Origin: Rhizophagus irregularis
Taxonomy: Eukaryota
Length of the DNA: 64,000 bases
NCBI RefSeq assembly: GCF_026210795.1
Contig: NC_089435.1
Location: 124,001 to 188,000, forward strand
Reading direction: 5' to 3'
Positions 23,604 to 36,232 of the stretch are shown piece after piece. The position numbers and the translations under genes were made by a program. The number at the start of each line of letters is the position of its first letter. The first letter of the stretch is position 1. Under the pieces are notes generated by a model. That model was not told the DNA's origin. It saw only the letters and a program-made list of their open reading frames with translations, and did no database searches.

Positions 23604-25380
23604 TATTTGTAAATTAGAGTTTGCCCAATCAATATTAAAAAAATGTATGAAATTAGTTCATTTTTTTAAAGCATCTCATCGGGCAGGTGCAGAATTAACA
23701 GATGAAATAAAGGAAAATATAATTAAAGGTGGTAAATTAAAGGGGTATTGTCAAACGAGATGGATGACTGCATGTGATTGTGTATCTTCAGTTTTAAGAT
23801 GTGAAGAAGCTCTAAAAAATGTTGGTATTTATTGATTATTTTTAATTATTTATTTTTAATTAATTTTAATGAATTTATTTAATTTTAGATAGCAAATAAT
23901 AACCTGAATTACCTAAAGCAAAATATCAAAGAAATTATTACGAGGCATTTTTTTATGGATATTGAAGAATTACAATTAATTCTTAAGCCAATAAAAGAAG
24001 CCATCAAATATTTAGAAATGAAAAATGCAACGTTAGCAGATTGTTTCTTATAATTAATAAAATTGTTATATTCAATCAAAAGCTTATCAGAAACTCATAC
24101 TACTTTTTGACAACAATGCATTAAAGCATTTAATAAAAGGTGGATGCAGTTCAATTTTAGGTTATATATGTTAGCCTATTTACTTCATCCACTATACCGT
24201 GGTACGTATTTGATAAAATAAAATGATGATTTTTTACTTATTTAACAATTAATTAATTATTAATTAATTAAAATATCATAGGTAAAGGATTCTGAAATCA
24301 AGTATGCCGTAAAGTAGTTTATTGGGCAATTGAAAATATATAGATAAAAATGGGAGGTATAAAAAATTCCAGTTCCAAATTAATTGGGCAAATTGCTGCT
24401 TTTCGTGATAATCTTCCTCCTTATAATGATGAATTTGTTCCTAAATATTATACAGTTGAACATTAGTGGAGTTATGTAGAACAAGATGAAGGAGAAGAAA
24501 ATTTTATCCAACAACTTGCATTAAAAATATTTTCAATAACTCCACACAATGCAAGATGTGAGAGAATATTTTCTGTGATGGGTTGGTATATGAATAAAAG
24601 GAGAACTCGGTAAATATTTATTTTATTGTTGCTAGTTATTAATTTTTTTTTGAATTTTAAATTTTAAGTAATTCCTTTCAATTAGATTAAGTGTGAATCA
24701 TTTACAAAATCTTACGAAACTTCACACATATTATGTTTCAAATGCGAAAACTGAATTAAAGTATACGGCTAGAGATATGAATGTCAAAAATGATGAAGAG
24801 TTTATCAATTGGTAAGAAATGGTATATATCAAAATATTAATGATGAAATACGAGAGGAAGAATTAGATAATGAAGACGAAGATTATGGTGATACAGAAGA
24901 AGAACTTGTTAACATAGAAGAGTATGAAAAATTTGGGCATAAAAGTAACGATAGTGTTTTACAAAGTGAAAACTATTTTAATTTTGTATCAAAGGAGCTA
25001 GTGGAATTATTAAAACTTCAGGAGCCACGAGTAGTTATTAAACCCGTAAATGTTGATCATATTGTTGACCACGGTAATGAAAATTTCGATATAGAGAAAT
25101 TATTAGACCAACAATTTAGTGTCATATTCATTTGTTGTATATTTTGATTTGTTTTATTTCTTTCAAAATTTTGAATAAAAGCTTCTAACAATTTTGCGTT
25201 TTAACATAAAGAATTTCTTCTTAATTTATTTTAAAGACAATAATTTAATACATTATTTCATTTAATTTATTTTTAACAATTTTGTATATGTTTAACAGTT
25301 TTATTTAATGCTTAACGATATAGATTAATAATATTTAATGATCTAATTTAACAATCTACTTTAATAATGCTTAAGATTTT

Positions 25381-26858
25381 CAGAAACTGAAATCTACAAA
25401 AAATAAAAAGAAAGAAACGTACGTTTCTTCAAAGTAAATTTCAAAAAAATCTGCCCCCATACACGTACTTGTGTTCTAAGAAACTGAATCTACAAAAAAT
25501 AAGAAACGTTAGTACGTTTCTTCAAAGTAAATTTCAAAAGAACCCGCCCCTATACACGTTGAGATCCCCCAATTCCCTCTGTCATCAATTTACAGAGTTG
25601 CCACATCGAATGGGCATTCCCATGGTCGAACGAACGAATAATCGAACGAACGAACAATTAAACGAACAAGCAAATAATCAACGACATGATTAACAAACAA
25701 CATAATCAACAAACAACATTTAACAACAATGTACAACAACATTCTTGGTTCATAACATAAATAGCGTTAGTAATATAAAACGTCAAACGATATAAAATAA
25801 AATTTAACTTCTCTAAATTTTCCCCAAATTATATCCACTTTTACCTTTAATTTCAAACTTCGATAGCTCTCGCTACGAATTATTACTTTTCGTAAGCGTA
25901 TATTTAATTCATCTTAAATTTCCATTTTATTCAATTAAAATTAATTAAGCGAACATTAATTAAAGTTTAGGGCGAACCTATTACCTTTAATTAATATTAT
26001 ACTTCATTAACAAATAATTAAATTTAACTTATATTTTTATTGAGTTCTGTGGATGAGAACTATGGAATTACCTTGAATTCCGCTCTCTATTTATACAAAT
26101 TTTATGCTACTTTCTATTCTATCTATATACTATCTTTTATATTCTTTTTACATATTATCTTTGAATTATCTTTCTAATATGCTATCTATATTTTAAATAC
26201 GCTATCTTTTAATATGCTATCTTTTTATATATGTTCTTTTTAATATGTTACCTTTTATATTCCATCTTTATACTATCTTTTTATATTATCTTTTATATTA
26301 TTTTATGTTCTTTAATCTTTCTGACATTATTTTATATGTTCTTTTAATTCGCTTTATGTGTTTTGCTTATAATCTATCTTTTGTGGCTTATAATTATTCT
26401 TTCTAATTGTTCTTATTGCTAAAGATTGCTAAACCGCAATTGATCGACTCTAATTATTCTATTGGTTCTTTGTCAATCATTTGATAAATATTACATCATG
26501 TAGATCATTACTCTTCCTAAATGTTTATCCTTTTCGGCTAATTATTTATCCATCTACGCCAATTCATAATCAATTTGTTCGTTCTTAATATTTGGCAATT
26601 ACATTTGGTGGTTGAATTTTATCATCTTTTCGTGCTTGATATTCGGCCGTTTACAACGTACCCGCATTTCTTCAAAATAAATTTTAAAAGAACCCACCCC
26701 TATACACGTACCCGTGTTCTTAGAAACTGACATCTACAAAAAAAATAAAAAGAAAGAAACGTTAGATGTTTCTTCAAAGTAAATTTCGAAAGAACCTGCC
26801 CCTATATATGTACCTGTATTATAAGAAACCGAAATCTACAAAAATAAAAAAGAAAGAA
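25381..26858 (-). repeat. Tandem array of ~95-100-bp intron + micro-exon units (splice signals on the minus strand), split by a solo LTR
   Basis: The minus-strand unit reads GTACGT...TACTAAC/TCTAAC...pyrimidine tract...TAG followed by a 21-22-nt exon. Example introns: 25394-25468 and 26734-26813. Confidence 0.8.
25560..26655 (-). mobile_element. Solo LTR of Gypsy family A
   Basis: TG...CA ends, collinear with 3273-4343, 4-bp TSD ACGT. Removing it restores the array unit TATACACGTACCCG. Confidence 0.92.
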
Positions 26859-29035
26859 TTTTTCTTCTTTTAACATCTTCTCTAGTGAATCTATTAATTA
26901 ATTTGCTTTTTAAATTTCTATCATCATTATGGTCACACCAATTTACTAAATTAGCTGCTACTCTTTCTTTTTCTTCATTATACCATTGTAATGCGATTCC
27001 TAAATATGTTATTGCTACATTTGCTTTATTTTGTCTACATATACCTCCTCCAATATTTCCTTCTGTTCTTCCACTTACCATAAATGCTACTTCAAATTGT
27101 CTAATCCAATCGTTAACATCTTTATCTTCTTTTCCACTAAAAGTTGGCATACCTACTATTCCTCCCATTGCTGCAGTTTGAATTTTATCTGTTAGAGTTT
27201 GTCCTACTTCTAATGCATTATCTAATGCATTAGGTGCGAGTCCTATAGCATTTTCTACTATTCTTCTCATTTGTGCTTCTGTTGCCATGTTTAATAATAT
27301 ATTTTCTTGAAATAAATCTTGTAAATTATAATCAGATATTTTACTTTCGTTATATGAATCTTCAATATTCAATGAATTATTCGACTCTGAATTTTGACTT
27401 AAACCAAAACCTTCTGTATTTATAACATTTTCATTTTCGCTCTCAAATTCATTCTCATTAAAACTTTTAATATTTTCTTCTCAAATCTCATGTTCTTCTG
27501 GATCTAATATTTCTCCAATCTTTTCTGAATCATCTGTATCATCATTTTCTTTTTCAACTTCTTCTTCACTTTCTTCAATTTCAAATTTCTTTAAATATTC
27601 GTCTAATATTCTCCTTATTTCTTTTTCTGATTCATTTTTATATTCTTGAAATTTTCTTATAAAGTCTGCACTTAATATATCAACATCTCTATATCCCATA
27701 CTTATTAATCTTAATAATTCTCCATCAAAAACTTCAATTTCTAAAATTTTGATTAGATTTTTTAACTGTTCTAATCTTTTCTCTATTTCTGTTTCATCAT
27801 CTAATTCATTCTCATCTTTTACATTTTCTAATTCTTTTTCATAACAACTTTTACATATTCTTTCTATAAATTCTTTATTATATTCTACCGCTTTTATTGC
27901 TTCTTTCTTTAATATTATTTTGTTACACATTGGACATTCTATTGTATACATATAATGCCATATTCTTAACTCTTCTTCTATTTCTTTGTCATCTAATTCT
28001 TCAATAGTTTTGTAAAATTTCATAAATTCTTTAGTTTTTATTATTTCATATTCTACTTTAAAATTTATTATTTGTCTTATTTCTTCAATATCAATTTTAC
28101 AACCATTTTTTAACCAATAATTTCTGTATATTCTTTCTATATGTTCGTCTCCTTCATTTGAATTTGATTCTTCCACATTATCTGAACTTTCTAGTTCTCC
28201 TATGTCACTTTGTTCTTCAACAAAACCTTTTGTTTCTACAATTTTCTCTATTATCTTATCTGTTAAATCATCGTTCATCCATGGTTTTGAATATTTATTT
28301 CTATCCCACCATTGATATGTTATACTTTTCTGAAACTTCTTGATTTTCTCTCTATTTTCTTCTTTTGCAATATTTTCTTCTAAATGTAATATTTCTTTAA
28401 AATTTCTCATAGTACCATATCCTTTATTCTTAATAGTTACTGATTCTATTTCTTCTAACCATTCTTCAAATTTTGCAAATCTTATATCTAATTCATTATC
28501 TTCTATGATATATCTATATGTTAACAATTCTTTATTCCCTAATAAGTTCTCCTCTGTTTAATCATCTAATATGAACTCATCATCTTCACTAAGTATATAA
28601 TGTTCACTTATCACTTTTACTACCGATATAATTCCTATTTTTCTATAATCTGATTTATTTCTATACCTAATTGACCTTACAACTATATCACTACTATATC
28701 TAACAGTTTTTCTCCTTCTTTTCTCATTTTCTCAAATTCTTTATTTCTTTTCTTTTTACTAGATGGATAACTTTCTTCTCCATCCTTTCTTGTCAATATT
28801 ATATATTCCATTAATTTTGTATATGTGTTTCTATTATAACTCATTCCTTCTAATATTACCTTTTGAAAAATTTTCCAAAATCTTTTAAACTAATCTCCTA
28901 TTTCTATTTCATCAGTACTATAACATTTTAGACATGAAGGGTCCACTTGATATTCTTTTCTTAATTCATTATGTTTCTCTATTTCATGTCTATTCTTAAT
29001 CTCTTCTAATTTATCATATATATCAGATATTTTTA

Positions 29036-29398
29036 CACAGGTCGAAATTAGTTAAATAGGGTATCAATAGGTTATCAATAGGTTATCAATCGGCTATCAA
29101 TAGGCTACCCTATTGGTAGCCTATTGAACTTGCGCCATAATCCGTCACCAATCGGGCAGGCTGATTGATAACCTATTGATAACCTATTAATACCTTATTG
29201 ATAACCAATTTGATAAAAATACCAATAGGATACTAATAGGTTATCAATAAGTTATTAATTGGCTAACAATCAGCCTGCCCGATTGGTGACGAATTATGGC
29301 GCAAGTTCAATAGGCTACCAATAGGGTAGCCTATTGATAGCCGATTGATAACCTATTGATAACCTATTGATACCCTATTTAACTAATTTCGACTTGTG
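29036..29398. mobile_element. 363-bp palindromic CACA-ended (CACTA/CMC-type) MITE
   Basis: Ends CACAGGTCGAAATTAG...CTAATTTCGACTTGTG with 3-bp TSD TTA. Nearly the whole element is self-complementary, with TCAATAGG repeats. Confidence 0.9.
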
Positions 29399-29466
29399 TT
29401 ATTTATTTAAACATTTCATAATTTCACTTTTATTTATATTTTATAAAATTTTATCATTAACTTAAC

Positions 29467-30786
29467 AGGACCCTGGAAAATACTTATATAGGTAAGGTCC
29501 CAAAAATATTTTTTATTAGTAGCTCTAAGCATAGGTTTTTACTATGATCGCTAAGCATTGTTGATATCTAACCTTAAAAATTATATAAAAATAAGCAAAT
29601 CAATCTTCTAACCTAATTAAATTTTTATTATAACACATATAATTTATAAAATATATTTATTAATTAATATATTTTATTAAATCCAATTTTAAATATGTTG
29701 TGAAGCTAAACTAAACATAATATACAAGTAGATTAACAATATTCAATTAATAAAGTTAATAAACAGTAAAAGAAAAATTCGAAATTAATACTATTACAAA
29801 AAATGTAAATTTCTCCATAAGTATTATACTTACACCCATAAAAATTAATATGTAGGTAGTTTCAACCTTGCTGAACAATTTTTAATTAATTTAGAAAGTC
29901 GATTTCATTTGACCAAAGAGGTGTAATTACGCTCTGAAGTTGTAAACGGAGAAATGAAAAATTCGGAAGTTAGTACCGTTATGAAAAATGCACTTTTCTC
30001 CATAAGTATTATACCCACACTCATGAAAATTAATATATAAGTAGTTTCGACCTTGCTGAACAACTTTCAATTAATTTAGAAAGTCGATTTCATTTGACTG
30101 AAGTAATGTAATTACGCTCTGAAGTTGTAAACGAAAAAGTGAAAAATTTAAAAGTTATTACTGTTAAAAAAATATGCTTTTCTATATAAATATCATACTT
30201 AGCCTTATGAAAATTAAAATACAAGTAGATTTAACTTGCTGAACAAACTTACTTAAGCATAAAAGATAATTTGATATAACCAAAGTGGTAAGTATTGAAA
30301 TTATATTTAAAGTAAAACATATTTATAGTAATTTTACTATTTAACAAAATAAACATGTATAATATAGTAATTTTATATTAAAAATAATACACTGGGTTTA
30401 ATAAAAATTAAAAAGATACTATTAACAGATAATTAATAAAACATTGAAAAAAAAAATGAAATTTCATCAAAAAAAAATTTTTGTTTATGTATTTATATAA
30501 AATTGTGAAATGTAGTACAAAATTAACACTCACCGTTAGTGAAAATAAAATAAAAATTAATTATAAATTCAATATATAATATTTTAAAAAGTTATATAAA
30601 TATGAAAAATAAGCAACTAAAAACTCTTAGTATTTTAAAATAATACCAAAAATATGCAATTTAATTATCTTACATAGTATAAAATTTTCTTAAAATTAAG
30701 CATTATAAAATTCTTACATCATAAAACTTTACTATGTTGGCTAAGCACCTTGGTACCTTACATATATAAGCATTTTCCGGGGTCCT
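29467..30786. mobile_element. 1.32-kb non-autonomous TIR element (AGGACCC ends), copy 1
   Basis: TIR AGGACCCYGGAAAATRCTTATAT with perfect 8-bp TSD AACTTAAC and ~185-bp internal tandem repeats. An inverted second copy lies at 42069-43539. Confidence 0.9.
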
Positions 30787-32955
30787 AACTTAACATCATT
30801 TAAATTACTATTTTATCTTTTACTTCTTTAAAATACAATTTAAATTCTAATATTTTCAAAGTTCCAGCTTTGATTTTATAATTTCTCTATACATTCTATA
30901 ATATAATCTATAATCGCGATTTTATTTATAAACTTTCTATATCTTGCGCAAATAAACTGTGATCAAGGCTAGGGATTATTTATAACTGGGGCCGCCCAGT
31001 GTCAGACTAATATGATCACCAACAAAGGCTTATTTATACTGGGTCCTCCCAGTGTGCTCTTATTTATACTGTGTAATAACCGAAAATATGATAATATAGA
31101 ATAAGGATAAATAATTAGCCAATGGGTAAATAATTAGCCAATAAAATTATATTTATAGTTTAGTGTAATGAGATAGACACATGATAATAGATCTTCAAAT
31201 TTTATTAGAAATATTAGAAATATTAGAAATATTTTTCTTAAAAATGTATAAATACAAGTGGATTTCGATAGGAAATTCAGCAGTTCAATTTTTGGAAAAA
31301 TAAAATTTTTAGTTCACCCTTAATAAAAACTAACACATTCTTTTTGCCTTTTTCTTATGAGTAAAAAGTGCCACATTAATTATATTTTTAATTAATGGTT
31401 TATTAATGTTTTGTAACTAATTTTTATTTTAAACCAAGCATAAATACTATACGAACTCAACACGTCGGTGGCAACATACGATATTTTATTTAATATCCTA
31501 TGGGCGGCATGTCACATTTTTGGTGCATGCTCGCAAGAAAGTAAAAGATTGTTGTCTTCATACAAGATCTAAATGAGAAATAAAAGAAAAGTATATAAGA
31601 AAATGAAAGAAAATTTGTGAAATATAAGAAAGGAAGGATGATATGAGAAATCATCAAAGAAGTAATAGATAAGGAAGACTTATCTGAAATATGAGAAAAG
31701 TGTTACTATATATGAAAAAGGATATAGTAAAAAAAAATATATAAGAAAATTAAAATATTATTGAATGATATATGAGAAATAAGAAAAAGTAATATTATGA
31801 AAAAGGAATATTACGGAATATATGAGAAATGAAAATATACGATATATTGAAAAAGTATATATCGAAAAGATGAATGAAATATTCAAGATAATAATAAAAA
31901 GATTTAAAAATTAAACGAAAATAAAAATTTATAATGAGAATGAATTTTGTGAATAATAAGAAGTTAATAAATGATTGAAAAATTTGAAAAGTATTATAAG
32001 AAAAGAAAAGTTATTAGTGACAAACCCGTAAATTACTATACTTCTATGAAGAAGGTAAAGGCAAGCCCGGTATAGGTTACTAAATGAAAGAGAAAATTAA
32101 ATGATATTATAAATATAAGAAATATCAAAATGTTGTTATTTGATATATGAAAAATAAAAGAATAATATGAAAGATTGTAAAAGATAATAATGAATTATAT
32201 GAAATAAAATGATGTAGTAAAAGAAATTGCGTAAACATGTTGCGTAAAATAAATAAAATGTTGTACAAATCACGTGAGTAATGTAAATCACGTGATGAAG
32301 TGCAGTAAATAAAAGAAATAAGAGAAAGTATAAGTCACGTGATAAGGCGTAGTAAAAGAAATATATAGCTGCCCCTTGGGCAGGGGCGACTGATTAATAA
32401 AAATATAAATGAATAAGAAAATAATAGAAGAAATAGTTGTGTCACCAGGGGCGTTTGTCAACAGAAATTTTAGTACGTTGATCGCTTAAAAATCCGTGGC
32501 TATCCAATTATAATAAGAAAATATTAATGAATTATAAAATGAAATACGAAAAATAAAAATAATATAAAATAGATCTGAAATAAATATTTTGGAAGTTAAT
32601 ATAAGAAAAAGATTAAAAGTTATTAAAAAGTTTAATTTTGTGTATAGAACTGGGAGGACCCAGTATAAATAAGCCTTTGTTGGTGATCATATTAGTCTGA
32701 CACTGGGTGGCCCAGTTATAAATAATCCCTAGCCTTGATCACAGTTTATTTGCGCAAGATATAGAAAGTTTATAAATAAAATCGCGATTATAAATTATAT
32801 TATAGAACGTATAGAGAAATTATAAAATCAAAGCTGGAACTTTGAAAATATTAGAATTTAAATTGTATTATAAAGAAGTAAAAGATAAAATAGTAATGAT
32901 AAATTTTATAAAATATAAATAAAAGTGAAATTATGAAATGTTTAAATAAATAAAA

Positions 32956-35900
32956 ATGTCTGATATATATGATGAATTAGAAGAGATTAAAAGAAGACAT
33001 GAAATAGAGAAACATAATGAATTAAAAGAAGAATATCAAGTAGACCCTTCATGTTTAAAATGTTATAGTACTGATGAAATAGAAATAGGAGATTGGTTTA
33101 AAAGATTTTGGAAAATTTTTCAAAAAGTAATACTAGAAGCAATGAGTTATAATAGAAACACATATACAAAATTAATGGAATATATAATATCGACAAGAAA
33201 GGATGGAGAAGAAAGTTATCCATTTAGTAAGAAGAAAAGAAATAAAGAATTTGAGAAAATAAGAAAAGAAGGAGAAAAACTGTTAGATATAGTCGTAAGG
33301 TCAATTAGGTATAGAAATAAATCAGACTATAGAAAAATAGGAATTATATCGGTAATAAAAGTGATATGTGAACATTATATACTTAGTGAAGATAATGAGT
33401 TCATATTAGATGATCAAACAGAAGAGAATTTGTTAGGGAATAAAGAATTGTTGACGTATAGATATATTATAGAAGATGATGAATTAAATATAAGATTTGC
33501 AAAATTTGAAGAATGGTTAGAAGAAATAGAATCAGTAACTATTAAGAATAAAGGATATGGTACTATGAGAAATTTTAAAGAAATATTACATTTAGAAGAA
33601 AATATTGCAGAAGAAGAAAATAGAGAGAAAATCAAGAAGTTTCAGAAAAGTATAACATATCAATGGTGGGATGGAAATAAATATCCAAAACCATGGATGA
33701 ACGATGATTTAACAGATAAGATAATAGAGAAAATTGTAGAAACAAAAGGTTTTGTTGAAGAACAGAGTGACGTAGGAGAACTAGAAAGTTCAGATGATTT
33801 AGGAGAATCAAGTTCAAATGAAGGAGATGAACATATAGAAAGAATATACAGAAATTATTGGTTAGAAAACGGTTATGAAATTGATGTTAAAGAAATAAGA
33901 CGAATAATAAATTTCGGAGTGGAACATGAAATAATGAAAACTAAGGATTTTATAGAGAGCTATATGAAAATTAAGGAATTAGATGATGAAGAAATAATTG
34001 GAGAACTTAGAAGATGGTATACTATGAATGCCACAGAATGTCCGTTGTGTAACAAAATGATACTGAAGAAAGAAGCAGTAAAATATAATAAAGAATTTAC
34101 AGGAGAAATATGTAAAAGTTGTTCTGAGAGAGAAGAGAATGATGTTAGTGAAACAGAATTAAGAGTAAAAAGAATACAGAAAATATGTGAAGGAGCAGAA
34201 GTTGAAGTAACGGAAGGAGAAATATTACGAATGATAAATATGAGTTATACAGATGGAGAAATCTTAAATTGGAAGTTTATAAAGTTATTCCAAGAAAATA
34301 AGAATGAATTGGAAGGAGTCATAAAAGAAATATTAGATAAATATTTAGAAGAACAAATAGAGACAGAGGGAAACAATGAAAAAGAAGAGGATACAAATGA
34401 TTCAGAAAAGATTGGAGAAATATTAGATCCAGAAGAATGTGAGATTTGGGAAGGAAATTCTGAAGACTTTAATGAAAATGAAGTCAAAAATAATAATGAA
34501 AATATTATAAATACAGGAGGTTTTGGTTTAAGTCAAAATTCAGATTCGAATAATTCATTGAATATTAAGGATTCTGATATTGAAGGTTCTGATAGTGAAA
34601 GTGAAGTATCTGATTATAATTTACAAGATTTATTTCAAGAGAATATATTGTTAGATATGGCAAATCAAGATCAAATAAAGAGAATAGTGGAAAATGCTAT
34701 AGGACTCGCACCTAATACATTAGATAATGCATTAGGAGCAGGACAAACTTTAATAGATAGAATTCAAACTGCAGGAATAGGAGGAATAGTAGGTATGCCA
34801 ACTTTTAGTGGAAAAGAAGATGAAGATGTTAACGATTGGATTAGACAATTTGAAGTAGCGTTTACAGTAAGTGGAAGAACGGAAAGAAATATTGGAGGAG
34901 GTATATGTAGTCAAAATAAAGCAAATGTAGCAATAACATGTTTAAGAGGAATTGCATTACAATGGTATAATGAAGAAAAAAAAAGAGTAGCAGCTAATTT
35001 AGTAAACTGGTGTGATCATAACGATGATAGAAATTTGAAAAATAAATTAATTGATAGATTCACTAGGGAAGATGTCAAAAGAAGAAAAATGATAGAATTG
35101 ACAAGGATTAAACAAGAAAAAAATGAAAGTGTTGAAGAATATAATAGAAGATTTAAGTCAATAGTAAGAATTGCAACTAGAGGTATGACACGTATCAAGT
35201 AAATTATTATATCCAAGGATTAGAACCTACATTGGGGTACCAAGTTAGAAGAAGTAGTCCAACGAATTTAAATGACGCAATTAATATAGCAAGAAGAGAA
35301 GAAAAAGCTAAAAATGAATTGATAATGAAAACAACGGGTGTAAATATAGAACAAATAAGACAAGAAAAGAATATAGAAGAAATTTTAAAAGAAGAAATGA
35401 ATAAAAAAGAAGAAAATGAAATATATAAAAAAATGCAAAAGCCAGTTAATGAAAAAGATATTGATGAATTAAGTAAAGCGTTAGAACAATTTAGAGCAGA
35501 AAAAATAGCTATGGAAGAAACGTTAAATGAAATAAAAAATCAACAAAGAAGAAATATAAATAGAAATACAAATACAAGAAATGCAAGAAAATAAGATGTT
35601 ATGAATGCAATGAAGTAGGTCATATAAAACCAGAATGTCCACAATTAAGACAAAGAAATAATTATAGAACGCAAAATAATTTTTATAGGAATAATAATGA
35701 AAGAAGAAATAATAATGGTAATAGAAATATAAATTTAATGGATCACGAAAGATATTATGATAATGGTAATTATTATAATAATTACGAAATATATAATTAT
35801 GAAAAAGAAATATTTCCAACTTTAAGAAGTGGTAGAAAATATGGAAGAGATTTAGATAATGACTATAATGAAATGGAAATTGAAGATGTTCCAATACCAC

Positions 35901-36232
35901 CAAAAAGAGAATATGATATGAAAATGGATATTAATGGTGAAAAAAAAGAAAGATTTTCTAATAAAGAAGATAGAGATAAAGCATATCAACCAAGAAGAAG
36001 ACATAACCAATGTAAAAGATGTGGATTAAGAGGTCATTTTATAAAAGAATGTCCAAATCCAGGAATGAAAAGAGGAAATAAAAATATTAGAGTACGAGTT
36101 AATGTACCACCAGAAAAATATGTAATGGATATGTTTAATGAAAAAGCAAATATAACATATGGACAAATTTACAATGAAAATCCAAAATTTAGAAGAATAG
36201 CTAGAAATTATGATGAAGATGATAATGCATGA
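32956..36232 (+). pseudogene. gag: Gag polyprotein with ~570-aa N-terminal extension, capsid-like domain and two zinc knuckles (frameshifted)
   Basis: Capsid-like PTFSGKEDEDVNDWIRQFE and QEKNESVEEYNRRF, plus knuckles CYECNEVGHIKPEC and CKRCGLRGHFIKEC, spread over ORFs 32956-35202, 35232-35594 and 35738-36232. Confidence 0.85.

Larger units (their letters stand above)
21473..25147 (+). pseudogene. hAT (ZBED-like) transposase, multi-exon, with stops and two nested MITEs
   Basis: BED finger DIWDYF..CNFC..HIALNC, followed by DSWTS, VSDNASTM, RCIVHHINLL, TRWMT, AYLLHP and ITPHNARCERIFSVMGW. Confidence 0.88.
21091..25380 (+). mobile_element. hAT element with BED-finger transposase; left TIR present, right end not seen
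   Basis: Left end TAGAGGTGCGTTCC followed by a multi-exon transposase. The right boundary is approximate and may include the 25381-26858 array. Confidence 0.75.
26859..31071 (-). mobile_element. Inverted internal fragment of Gypsy family B (leader and gag-like ORF), without LTRs, carrying two nested DNA elements
   Basis: ORFs 27481-28527 and 26836-27372 are close paralogues of 32956-35202. 30800-31052 is the reverse complement of the leader at 32649-32900. The start codon reads ATA. Confidence 0.9.
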
